In this document: in pieces, positions 27,244 to 37,000 of the stretch | Numbering within the stretch: the stretch's first letter is position 1 | How the letters are laid out: every line of letters starts with the position of its first letter | NCBI GenBank assembly: GCA_017427415.1 | Contig: JAFRSU010000086.1 | Coordinates: 12,547 to 76,546, forward strand | Length of the DNA: 64,000 nucleotides | From: Lachnospiraceae bacterium | Lineage (GTDB): Bacteria; Bacillota; Clostridia; Lachnospirales; Lachnospiraceae | Reading direction: 5' to 3' | Notes under the pieces: generated by a model | What the model was told of the DNA's origin: nothing | Seen by the model: the letters and a program-made list of their open reading frames with translations, nothing else | Databases searched by the model: none | Program-made: the position numbers and the translations under genes

Positions 27244-28662
27244 ATGAAGAAAAAAGCCGCATTATTATCACTTGGCTGTAAGGTCAATTCTTATGAAACT
27301 GAATATATACGTGAAGACCTGATAGCATCAGGGTTTGAGATAGTTGATTTTTCTGATAAAGCGGATGTCTATATCATAAATACATGTTCGGTAACAAATA
27401 TCGCAGACAGAAAATCAAGACAGATGCTTCATAAGGCAAAATCTATGAATCCTGATGCTCTTATTGTAGCTACCGGTTGTTATGTACAGACACGTAAGGA
27501 AGAAGAACTTAAGACCGATGCCGATATGATCATAGGTAATAATCATAAGGGTGAAGTAGCAAAGAAGATTAGTGAGTATTTTAGAGAACTAGATGCAGAA
27601 GAGTCTGTGACATATGTAGATGATATAGCCGCTGAGAAACTGGTGGAAGACTTTTCCATATATGATTATCCTGAGAGAAGCCGAGCATTTGTACGTATAG
27701 AGGACGGATGCAATCAGTTCTGTTCATATTGCATCATACCTTTCGCAAGGGGACGTGTACGTTCCAGGAGTGAGGAAGATATCGTTGATGAAGTAAAAGC
27801 ATTGGCAGATAAAGGCTTTAAAGAGATTGTTCTGTCCGGTATACATATATCTTCATACGGATATGATAATTATGAGCAGACTTTACGGGCATTTATGCAG
27901 GAATCGGGTACTTCAGATGCTATGTTCGGACAGCCGTTGCTTGACCTGATCAAAAAGCTTAACGCTATACCGGGGATAGAAAGGATCAGACTAGGTTCTT
28001 TAGAGCCCAGGATCATAACCGATGAATTCGTAAGGGAACTGTCAGAGCTTAAAAATGTATGTCCGCATTTCCATCTGTCATTGCAAAGTGGTTGTGATAC
28101 AGTGCTAAAAAGGATGAACAGACATTATACGGGTGCGGAGTTCCTTGATAAATGTGATATCTTAAGGAAGTATTATGATGCTCCATCCATTACAACGGAT
28201 GTAATAGTAGGATTTCCAGGTGAGACCGAAAAAGAGTTTGAAGAGTCCTGCGAGCTGTTAAAAAAAGTCAGATTCAGCAAGATTCATATATTTAAATATT
28301 CCAGACGTGCAGGTACAGTGGCTGACCGTATGCCGGGACAACTGACAGATAAGCAGAAGCATGAGAGAAGCCTTAAGGTACAGGCCATAGAAGAAAAATC
28401 CGGAGAAGAATATCTTAAGTCCTTTGTCGGGAGCAAGGTAAAGATACTTGTGGAGGAAACTATAGATATAAACAATACGGAAAATGCTGCAGAACAGGGT
28501 GACGGCAATTCAATAATATATAAAGGACTTACCGAAAGATATGTTCCGGTGGAAGCTGTTTATTATTTAAAAGATGATATTAAGCCCGAAATCAACGATA
28601 TAATCGAGGTTTTTATCACCGGAGCAAAGGAAAATCAAGCACTTTTAGGGAAAATATGCTAA
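27244..28662 (+). CDS. mtaB: MiaB-like radical-SAM tRNA methylthiotransferase (MtaB type)
   Basis: LGCKVNSYE and radical-SAM CNQFCSYCIIP, plus a C-terminal TRAM-like region. The ORF-track 27076 start is an AT-rich upstream extension. Confidence 0.85.
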   Translation: MKKKAALLSLGCKVNSYETEYIREDLIASGFEIVDFSDKADVYIINTCSVTNIADRKSRQMLHKAKSMNPDALIVATGCYVQTRKEEELKTDADMIIGNNHKGEVAKKISEYFRELDAEESVTYVDDIAAEKLVEDFSIYDYPERSRAFVRIEDGCNQFCSYCIIPFARGRVRSRSEEDIVDEVKALADKGFKEIVLSGIHISSYGYDNYEQTLRAFMQESGTSDAMFGQPLLDLIKKLNAIPGIERIRLGSLEPRIITDEFVRELSELKNVCPHFHLSLQSGCDTVLKRMNRHYTGAEFLDKCDILRKYYDAPSITTDVIVGFPGETEKEFEESCELLKKVRFSKIHIFKYSRRAGTVADRMPGQLTDKQKHERSLKVQAIEEKSGEEYLKSFVGSKVKILVEETIDINNTENAAEQGDGNSIIYKGLTERYVPVEAVYYLKDDIKPEINDIIEVFITGAKENQALLGKIC

Positions 28663-28689
28663 AAATTTCATGAAATACTAAGAAATCAC

Positions 28690-28718
28690 TTGAAAACTAC
28701 AGGAAACTAAAGTATAAT
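28690..28718 (+). promoter_or_regulatory. promoter of the ireB-ruvX block
   Basis: TTGAAA, 17 bp, TATAAT. Confidence 0.55.
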
Positions 28719-28783
28719 TATAAGATGGATTTTTAGGGAAGCGCACTCCCCAAAAGCTGCGCAGAATAGGGGTTTATTAATTT

Positions 28784-29044
28784 ATGGAATCTAGAGGCGA
28801 CACACAATACTTCAGACCTGTGAAGGAAACAGAAAATCTTGTTAAGGACACTATTGCAGATGTTTATCTTGCGCTTACACAGAAGGGCTATAACCCTGTA
28901 AGCCAGATAGTAGGTTACATCATGTCAGGTGACCCTACTTATATCACAAGTCATAACGGTGCCAGAAGCCAGATCATGCGTGTAGAGCGTGACGAGATCA
29001 TAGAAGAGCTTTTAAAGGAATATATCGATATCAACTTTAAATAA
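28784..29044 (+). CDS. ireB: IreB-family regulatory phosphoprotein (UPF0297/YrzL)
   Basis: [35 protein letters not shown] signature. Confidence 0.85.
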   Translation: MESRGDTQYFRPVKETENLVKDTIADVYLALTQKGYNPVSQIVGYIMSGDPTYITSHNGARSQIMRVERDEIIEELLKEYIDINFK

Positions 29045-29060
29045 GCTAACGGGAGTAATA

Positions 29061-29513
29061 ATGGGCAGGATAATCGGACTTGATTTTGGTGCAATGACAT
29101 GCGGCGTAGCTATAAGCGATGCTCTGCTCATCACGGCACAGGGTGTTGAAACGATCAGAAGAACACATGAGACAAAGCTCAGAAAGACTTATCAGAGGAT
29201 TGAATATCTTATAGACTGGCATGAAGTAGACCGTATCGTGGTAGGCCTTCCAAAAAAGCTTGACGGGTCTGAAGGCGACCGTGCCGAAAAGTCAAGGGCT
29301 TTTGCTGCTGACTTGGAACGAAGGACAGGGCTTTCTGTTATTTTATGGGATGAAAGATTCAGTACTGTTTCTGCAGCCGCAGTTTTAAATGAAGCAGGTG
29401 TGGGACTGGATAAAAAAGAAAAAGTCATTGACAAGATGGCTGCTGTTATCATTTTGCAGAATTACCTGGATTTTTTGGCTAATGAGAAGGCTAAAAGCAC
29501 TGCCGGAAAATAA
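29061..29513 (+). CDS. ruvX: Holliday junction resolvase-like nuclease RuvX/YqgF
   Basis: IIGLDFG....GVAISD and [13 protein letters not shown] motifs. Confidence 0.9.
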   Translation: MGRIIGLDFGAMTCGVAISDALLITAQGVETIRRTHETKLRKTYQRIEYLIDWHEVDRIVVGLPKKLDGSEGDRAEKSRAFAADLERRTGLSVILWDERFSTVSAAAVLNEAGVGLDKKEKVIDKMAAVIILQNYLDFLANEKAKSTAGK

Positions 29514-29520
29514 AAGGTAA

Positions 29521-29592
29521 GTGTGACAGAAGAACCTTGGTCACAAGGAATCCGGCACCATAGGTGCCACCTTGCGACATACCCTGGTCACA
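29521..29592. repeat. GTGACA-family repeat, 72-bp composite form, copy C
   Basis: GTGTGACAGAAGAACCTTGGTCACAAGGAATCCGGCACCATAGGTGCCACCTTGCGACATACCCTGGTCACAA. It ends 11 nt before the DUF1292 ATG. Confidence 0.8.
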
Positions 29593-29603
29593 AAGGAGAA
29601 ATT

Positions 29604-29891
29604 ATGGAAGAGAAGAAAGATAGCAGATCAATAAAGTTTACAACTGATGAAGGTGCGGAGTTAGACCTTTTTGTTGTAGCGGAGACAAAGTTTAACGGTA
29701 AGAATTATCTGCTGGTTACGGATAACGAGTCCGATATGGAGACTAATGCCTATATATTAAAGGAGCTGGCTTCTGATAGCAAGGAAGTGGCATACGATCT
29801 GGTGACCAATGATAAGGAGCTTAACGCTTTAGGCGAGATATTCAACGAACTGCTTGATGATGTTGATATAGTAGAAGATGTCGAGGAATAA
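29604..29891 (+). CDS. DUF1292 (YrzB-like) protein
   Basis: FTTDEGAELDLFVVAETKFNGKNYLLV pattern with an acidic tail. AAGGAGA lies upstream of ATG 29604. Confidence 0.8.
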   Translation: MEEKKDSRSIKFTTDEGAELDLFVVAETKFNGKNYLLVTDNESDMETNAYILKELASDSKEVAYDLVTNDKELNALGEIFNELLDDVDIVEDVEE

Positions 29892-29908
29892 GATAAGAAT
29901 TACAATTG

Positions 29909-31585
29909 ATGAAAAATATGGAAGAAATAAAAAAAGCGCCTTCTGTAAAGGTCATCCCTTTGGGCGGACTTGAGCAGATAGGTATGAATATTACCGCTTT
30001 TGAATATGATGACTCCATCATAGTTGTTGACTGCGGTATAGCATTTCCGGAAGATGAAATGCTCGGTATAGATCTGGTAATACCGGATATAACTTACTTA
30101 AAAGATAACATTGATAAGGTAAAAGGTTTTTTTATCACACACGGACATGAGGACCATATAGGAGCTCTGCCTTATGTGTTAAAGGAAATATGTGTGCCCG
30201 TATACGGCACCTGCCTTACAATGGCACTTATAGAGAATAAATTAAAAGAACATGAGATGCCTAAGAAGCTGAAGCTCCGTACCGTTAAATACGGTCAGAG
30301 TGTTACGGCAGGCGATTTCAGGATCGAGTTCATAAGGACCAATCACAGTATCGCCGATGCGGCAGCTCTTGCTATATTTTCACCGGCCGGAATCATAGTA
30401 CATACAGGTGACTTTAAGGTAGATTTTACCCCTGTATTCGGTGAGACCATTGATCTGGCCAGACTCGCCGAACTGGGCAAAAAGGGCGTGCTTGCTCTTT
30501 TATGTGACAGTACCAATATACTTCGACCCGGATATACCATGTCCGAAAGGACTGTCGGCAAGACTTTTGATACCATTTTTATGGAGAATAACTCAAGCCG
30601 TATAATCGTTGCTACATTCTCGACAAATGTCGACCGTGTACAGCAGATCATCAATTCTGCCGAAAAATACGGAAGAAAAGTAGTCATAGAAGGCAGGAGT
30701 ATGATAAATGTCATAACTCTTGCAAGCGAGCTTGGATACATAAAGGTAAAAGACGGCACGATCATCCCCATAGAGACCATGAAATCCTATAAGGATGAAC
30801 AGATAGTCATCATCACTACAGGCAGTCAGGGTGAAGCTATGGCAGCTCTGTCAAGGATGGCGGCAAATATCCACAAGAAAGTAACCATCAAGCCAGGAGA
30901 CCTTGTAATATTCAGTTCCTCAGCCATCCCCGGCAACGAAAAGAATATATTTAAGGTAATAAACGAGCTTTCCATGATAGGCGCAAAGGTAATATTCCAG
31001 GATGCACATGTATCCGGACATGCCTGCAAGGAAGAGATAAAGCTCATATACTCACTTGTTAAACCCAAGTATGCCATCCCTGTCCACGGTGAATACAGAT
31101 TTCTTGTGGCACATAAGGAGCTGGCAGTCAGCATGGGTATGGATAAGGACAATGTATTTATCCTGTCCTCAGGCGATGTTGTAGAGCTTTCTGCTGAAGA
31201 AGGTAATATCGTTGAAAGAGTCAAAGTCGGTGCCGTAATGGTAGACGGCTTAGGCGTAGGAGATGTTGGAAACATAGTACTGCGTGACAGACAGCAGCTC
31301 TCTGAGAGCGGACTTTTGGTAGTATCGGTTACACTTGATTCGGCTACGGGAGAAATAGTGGCCGGTCCCGAGATAAATTCAAGAGGTTTTGTATATGTAA
31401 AGGATGCGGAAGAACTCTTTACAGACCTTGAGAACCACGTTATCATGAACCTTGATTCCATAAGGGGCAGAGGCATAACGGATCAGAACAAGATGAAATC
31501 ACTGATCAGGGATGATCTGGCTGATTTCTTATGGAAGAAGATGAAGAGAAGACCCATCATTATTCCTGTATTTATGGAGGTATAA
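29909..31585 (+). CDS. rnj: ribonuclease J
   Basis: Beta-lactamase/beta-CASP motifs: ITHGHEDHIGALPY, HTGDFK and HVSGHA. The start is uncertain (TTG 29906 or ATG 29909; the next in-frame ATG is 29918). Confidence 0.95.
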   Translation: MKNMEEIKKAPSVKVIPLGGLEQIGMNITAFEYDDSIIVVDCGIAFPEDEMLGIDLVIPDITYLKDNIDKVKGFFITHGHEDHIGALPYVLKEICVPVYGTCLTMALIENKLKEHEMPKKLKLRTVKYGQSVTAGDFRIEFIRTNHSIADAAALAIFSPAGIIVHTGDFKVDFTPVFGETIDLARLAELGKKGVLALLCDSTNILRPGYTMSERTVGKTFDTIFMENNSSRIIVATFSTNVDRVQQIINSAEKYGRKVVIEGRSMINVITLASELGYIKVKDGTIIPIETMKSYKDEQIVIITTGSQGEAMAALSRMAANIHKKVTIKPGDLVIFSSSAIPGNEKNIFKVINELSMIGAKVIFQDAHVSGHACKEEIKLIYSLVKPKYAIPVHGEYRFLVAHKELAVSMGMDKDNVFILSSGDVVELSAEEGNIVERVKVGAVMVDGLGVGDVGNIVLRDRQQLSESGLLVVSVTLDSATGEIVAGPEINSRGFVYVKDAEELFTDLENHVIMNLDSIRGRGITDQNKMKSLIRDDLADFLWKKMKRRPIIIPVFMEV

Positions 31586-32074
31586 ATGAGTGCATTAAAA
31601 GGAGCGAATGCCAAGGGTACGGGACGTTCGTCCGGTACGCGTGTATTGCTTAGAATGACAGGCGGTTTTTTATCGATATGCCTGAATATCGTAATATATG
31701 CCGTTATCATTTTCTTTCTTATAAAGGGCATTCACAAAACCTATGATCTTGCATACAGGATTTTCGGCGACGTATCTGTAGAGGAAGAACCCGGAAGGGA
31801 TGTAAAGATCCAGATACTTAAGGGTGAGTCCACCATGAACGTAGCCACAAAATTAGAGACCAACAAGCTTATACCCGATAAGTATTCATTCTTTTTGAAG
31901 GTTCAGATAGGTAACATCAATATGGGCTCCAGCAAGAAAAAATACGAGATAAAAGGCGGAACCTACGTACTGAACACTTCCATGAACTATGATGAGATAT
32001 TAGATATCATTACGGATGCCGCAAAATCAATCGAAGGCGAAGTATCAGTAGAGGATGCAGAATCAACACCATGA
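31586..32074 (+). CDS. short YceG/MltG-like membrane protein (N-terminal TM plus LysM-like module only, no catalytic domain)
   Basis: One TM helix, then VKIQILKGESTMNVATKLETNKLI...GGTYVLNTSMNYDEILDIIT. It occupies the position of yrrL (mltG) before yrrM. Confidence 0.55.
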   Translation: MSALKGANAKGTGRSSGTRVLLRMTGGFLSICLNIVIYAVIIFFLIKGIHKTYDLAYRIFGDVSVEEEPGRDVKIQILKGESTMNVATKLETNKLIPDKYSFFLKVQIGNINMGSSKKKYEIKGGTYVLNTSMNYDEILDIITDAAKSIEGEVSVEDAESTP

Positions 32075-32730
32075 TCATAAACGAACATATTGAGGATTAT
32101 ATCAATTCTTTGGAAGGCGATCTTCCGGAAGAACTGGCTAAACTTGAAAAATGGGCACTTGAGAACAAAGTGCCCATTATAAGAAAGTCAATGCAAAGTC
32201 TGCTTATCTTTCTCCTTGAGGAAAGAAAACCCCGAAATATCTTAGAGATTGGCACGGCAGTCGGTTTTTCCACGCTTTTTATAGAACATTTCTCTCCAAA
32301 GGGTGCAAAGATCACCACTATGGAAAAAGTGGAAATGAGACTGAAAGAAGCCAGAAAGATCCTTAAAGACCATCCTGATATAACTCTTATAGAAGGCGAT
32401 GCACTTGAACAACTCGAACTTTTGAGCAGGAATCATACCGAAGGATATGATTTTATTTTTTTAGATGCAGCCAAAGGACAGTATTTAAGTTTTTTACAGC
32501 ATATCAGAAAGCTTATATCAAAATCGGGAATACTTGTAACAGACAATGTGCTGCTTGAAGGCAGCATTGCCGAATCAAAGTTTTCCATAGAGCGCAGGGA
32601 CCGGACAATACATAAGAGAATGCGTGATTTTTTATATGAACTGAAGCACTGTGATGATTTTGAAACTGTCATATTACCAGTAGGTGACGGAGTCGCGCTT
32701 TCGCTCGCTAAAGGGGGCAGGCCCCTTTAA
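32071..32730 (+). CDS. class I SAM-dependent O-methyltransferase (YrrM/TrmR-like)
   Basis: ILEIGTAVGFS SAM motif and FIFLDAAKGQY. It overlaps the previous gene by 4 nt. Confidence 0.8.
   Translation: MIINEHIEDYINSLEGDLPEELAKLEKWALENKVPIIRKSMQSLLIFLLEERKPRNILEIGTAVGFSTLFIEHFSPKGAKITTMEKVEMRLKEARKILKDHPDITLIEGDALEQLELLSRNHTEGYDFIFLDAAKGQYLSFLQHIRKLISKSGILVTDNVLLEGSIAESKFSIERRDRTIHKRMRDFLYELKHCDDFETVILPVGDGVALSLAKGGRPL
32709..32730. repeat. GGGG-loop-CCCC hairpin family copy, overlapping the last codons and stop of the methyltransferase
   Basis: TAAAGGGGGCAGGCCCCTTTAA. Confidence 0.6.
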
Positions 32731-32747
32731 TTTAAAGGAGGAGAAGC

Positions 32748-34010
32748 TTGAAAAAACCAGAACTTTTAATGCCGGCAGGCAGCTTCGATGTATTAAAAAC
32801 AGCTTTCAGGTTTGGTGCTGATGCCGTATATGTCGGCGGTGATATGTTCAGTCTCCGTGCAAAAGCTCATAATTTTACGAATGATGAATTAAAGGAAGCA
32901 GTTGAATATACACATTCGATAGGTAAAAAGATATATGTGACTGTCAATATCACAGCTCATAATGATGATATGGACGGAGTAAAGGAATATCTTAAGGATT
33001 TGAGGGAAATACATCCCGACGGCCTCATCATCAGCGATCCCGGCGTATTTATGATGGCTAAGGCCTTTGCTCCCGATTTAGAGCTTCATATAAGCACACA
33101 GGCCAATAATGTCAACTACCTCACATTCAGATTTTGGTATGAACAGGGTGCCAAAAGAGTGGTCACTGCCAGAGAGCTTTCATTAAAGGAAGTACGTGAG
33201 ATCAGGGAAAACATTCCTGACGATATGGAAATAGAAAGCTTTATACACGGAGCCATGTGCATCTCATATTCGGGAAGATGCCTGCTTTCCAATTATCTGA
33301 CAGGCCGCGATGCTAACTTAGGTGAATGTACACATCCCTGCAGATGGAGATATTATATCTCGGAAGAAAACCGTCAGGGTGAATATATGCCGATATTTGA
33401 AAACGACAGGGGCACATTTATTTTTAACTCCAAGGACCTGTGTATGATTGACCATATACCGGAGCTTATAGATGCGGGTATCGATTCGTTTAAGATAGAA
33501 GGCAGGATGAAGACAGCATTATATGTTGCTACAGTGGCCAGAGCTTATAGAATTGCGATAGATACATATTTTGAGGATCCGGCGAAATACAAAGAAAACA
33601 TACCTGTGTATTTTGAAGAGATCGGGAAATGTACCAACAGGATGTTTACCACGGGATTTTATTTCGGGAAACCTAGTGCGGAATCCATGGTATACGGTGA
33701 GAGTACATATATAAAGGACTATGTGTATCTGGGGACTATAATAAGCGCATGTGAAGTAAGCGGAGAAGAAGCCGGATGTGCTATAGAAAAAGCTTACAAA
33801 ATCGAACTGATACAGAAAAACAAGTTCTGCACCGGTGACGAGATAGAGATACTTGCACCGGGCTTGCTTGATATAAATAAATGCAAGGTACTTAAGATCA
33901 CGGATGAACAGGGTAATGAAATGCCCAGCTGTCCTCATGCTTCACAGAGGATATATGTATACATAGATAAAGATATAAAAGCGGGTGACTTGTTACGTTG
34001 CGGTCCGTGA
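32748..34010 (+). CDS. peptidase U32 family protein (YrrN/YrrO, TrhP-like)
   Basis: PELLMPAG, VYVGG, ELHISTQAN, FIHGAMCISYSGRCLLS and FKIEGRMK. TTG start with AAAGGAGGAG upstream. Confidence 0.85.
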   Translation: MKKPELLMPAGSFDVLKTAFRFGADAVYVGGDMFSLRAKAHNFTNDELKEAVEYTHSIGKKIYVTVNITAHNDDMDGVKEYLKDLREIHPDGLIISDPGVFMMAKAFAPDLELHISTQANNVNYLTFRFWYEQGAKRVVTARELSLKEVREIRENIPDDMEIESFIHGAMCISYSGRCLLSNYLTGRDANLGECTHPCRWRYYISEENRQGEYMPIFENDRGTFIFNSKDLCMIDHIPELIDAGIDSFKIEGRMKTALYVATVARAYRIAIDTYFEDPAKYKENIPVYFEEIGKCTNRMFTTGFYFGKPSAESMVYGESTYIKDYVYLGTIISACEVSGEEAGCAIEKAYKIELIQKNKFCTGDEIEILAPGLLDINKCKVLKITDEQGNEMPSCPHASQRIYVYIDKDIKAGDLLRCGP

Positions 34011-34020
34011 AAGGACTGTA

Positions 34021-34036
34021 TGACATGATCATGTCA
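34021..34036. promoter_or_regulatory. perfect 16-bp palindrome immediately upstream of the SNF2 gene
   Basis: TGACATGATCATGTCA lies 16 nt before ATG 34053. Confidence 0.4.
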
Positions 34037-34052
34037 GAAAGTTGGAGGAAAA

Positions 34053-37000
34053 ATGCAGGAGTTATCAAGACAGATCATAAAGAATCTTTCTGCAGATGAT
34101 ATTACATATCACAGAGGAATATACCTGTACAGAAATTCTCAGGTTAAAAACATTTCGGTGGTAAAAACAACCGGACAGATGCGTATAACGGTCAATGACG
34201 TATTTGATTACAAGGTTACCATAAACGATCAGCCCGACGGGACGATAGAGTATACCTGTAACTGTGCATCATCGGCCAAGAACATGGAAAAAGGAGCCTG
34301 CAAGCACGTGGTTGCAGGCTTATTTGCGTTACTTAAAGTACAGGAAAGGGATAAGCTTATGCAGCTTCCCAATCCTGAGGACAGGCGTGCCTGCTCGGTA
34401 CTTGACTTTTTCCAGGCTCAGGAGGATATGATATTTCCTAAATCCGTATTCCATATCGAGCCTATCATCACCGTACCCGAGATATTGGAAAAACAGGGCA
34501 CCTGTGCATATCTGTCGATAAAAGCGGGACATGATAAGCTATATAAGGTACAGACCATCAAAAAATTCCTTACTGATTATATCAAGCAGAACGATATAAC
34601 TCTCGGCAAGGATTTTGTATTCGTATACAGGGAATGTGAATTTGACAAGTCATCACAGAACCTTCTTGACTTTATGCTCGAATCGTATCAGGTATTCGGC
34701 ATGGATGAGAGTCTTGACAGTAAAAAGATATTTTATAAGGCTTCCATGAGCATAACCCAGCCGCTCCTTATGCGTCTGTTAAAGCTGCTCGGGAAAAATA
34801 CTTTTACGCTCAATCTTTACGGCAAAAACTATGAAAACGTAAGAGTATTCAAGGAAAATCCCAATATCAAATATGACCTTGATATAGTCGATGATACCAT
34901 CATGTTTGATTACCGTGATAAGGAATCAGTACTTCCCCTGTCTAAAAACGGAGATCTTATATATTATAACGGTGCTGTATTTATACCCACACTTGCATTT
35001 AAGAGAAATTATGCTCCTTTCTTTAATGCACTTGGTCCCGATAAGCCCGCACTTTATTTCAGAAATGAAAATAAGCAGAGATTTTTAGTGGAAGTGCTGC
35101 CTAAGATCGGTGACAGCATGGATATCGATATCCCGGAAGAGCTGCAGGACAGATATATTTCACCGGATCTTAAGACATCCATCTATTTTGACAGATACAA
35201 CAACGGTATAAAGGCAGAGGTGCATTATACCTACGGTGATTTTGAATTCGGAAGCTTTGACAATCCGAATTCGGACTATTATATCATTATCAGAAAAAAG
35301 GACCTTGAGGATAAGATCTGCAACACTCTGGAAAATTACGGTTTTGAGGCCAGAAGCAGCTTTTATCTGTTAAAGTCGGAGTCTGCAATATATGACTTTT
35401 TATCGAGCGACAAAACAGATCTTTTAAGTCAGGCCGATCTGTATTATTCGGAGGATTTCAAGAAGCTTAAGATCCGTAACGGCAGCAACTTCAGCATCGG
35501 CTTAAGAGTCAGCAGCAAGATGGATCTTTTGGAGATGAACTTTGATTTTGAGAATATGACCAATGATGAGCTGAAATCCCTGTTCAGGGCTCTCAAAGTC
35601 AAGAAAAAGTATTACAGAATGTACGACGGCAGCTTCATTAACCTGGAAAACGGTGATATGGAGAGGCTTTCCAATATACTTGACAATCTGGGTGTAACCT
35701 CAAAGAATATCGATGAGACCGGCATAAAGCTCAGTAAAAGCAATTCATTCTATCTTAACGAAGCTCTGGAAAAGAGCGGATTTAAGGTAAATAAGAATAA
35801 AGAATTCGTGGAACTGATAGACAGGATCGCCAATTCGGAGACTCTTGATTATGAGCTCCCGGATGGTATAAATGCAGAGCTCAGGAACTACCAGGTGACA
35901 GGCTTTAAGTGGATGATGAACCTGTCATCAAACAGCCTTGGCGGTATACTTGCCGATGATATGGGTTTAGGTAAGACACTTCAGGCTATATGCTATATAG
36001 CAGGCAGAAAAAGAGACGACGGCAGTGCCGGGGAACAGCAGAGATTCCTTATCGTATGCCCGAGCTCCATAATATATAACTGGCTGGATGAGATAAACAA
36101 TTTCGCACCCGGTCTTAAATGCGTGGTTGTGGCAGGTACTCCCCAGGAAAGAAGAAAGCTTATAGAATCCGGGGATGAATACGATATCCTTATCACTTCA
36201 TATCCTTTGATGAGAAGGGACGTACAGTTCTACAGGAAGATATTCTTTAACACTATCTTCCTTGATGAGGCTCAGTTTATAAAGAATGCGGCTTCACTTA
36301 ATGCGCAGTCGGTTAAGCTGCTCAATGCTTCTCACAGGTTTGCGCTTACCGGTACGCCTATAGAGAACTCATTATCGGAGCTTTGGTCGTTATTTGATTA
36401 CATCATGCCCAACTTCCTTATGACCCACCCGAGGTTTACCATGCGTTTTGAAAAACCCATCATCAACGGTGATGAAACTGCTGTGGCAGACCTTAATTCG
36501 AGGATAAGGCCTTTTATCTTAAGAAGAATGAAAAAGGATGTCTTAAACGACCTGCCCGATAAATTGGAAGACAAGATGCTTACAGATATGACCGAGGAAC
36601 AGACTAAGGTATATCTTGCATATATGAATGAGCTTAAAAGCGATATTTTCGGCGAGATACAGGAGAACGGCATCGAGAAGAGCAGGATCAAAATACTTGC
36701 AGCACTTACCAGACTCCGTCAGATATGCTGTCATCCTTCCACATTCCTTACCAATTACAAGGGAGGCAGCGGAAAGCTCGATCTGCTCATGCAGCAGCTT
36801 ACCAATGCCATAGCCAACGGACACAGGACTATCGTATTTTCACAGTTTACCGGTATGCTTGATATCATCAAAAAGGAATGTAATGCAAGAACAATAGAAT
36901 TTTTCTATCTGGACGGTTCTACTCCGCCTAAGGAAAGGTTGGAGATGGCCAAGCAGTTTAACGACGGAAAAGGTGAAGTGTTCCTGATATCCCTTAAGGC

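Noticed and set aside
30826-31476. Long minus-strand ORFs opposite well-supported + strand genes. Examples are 30826-31476 and 30343-30780 in rnj, 17369-17878 and 17978-18505 in ackA/pta, 62124-62645 in ispG, 47255-47764 in the xylanase gene, 54267-54863 in uppS, and 58673-59086 in dxr.
   Set aside because: They are shadow ORFs. Each lies entirely antisense to a gene with unmistakable family motifs. Their products are Ser/Pro/low-complexity-rich with no recognisable motifs, and they have no SD sequences.
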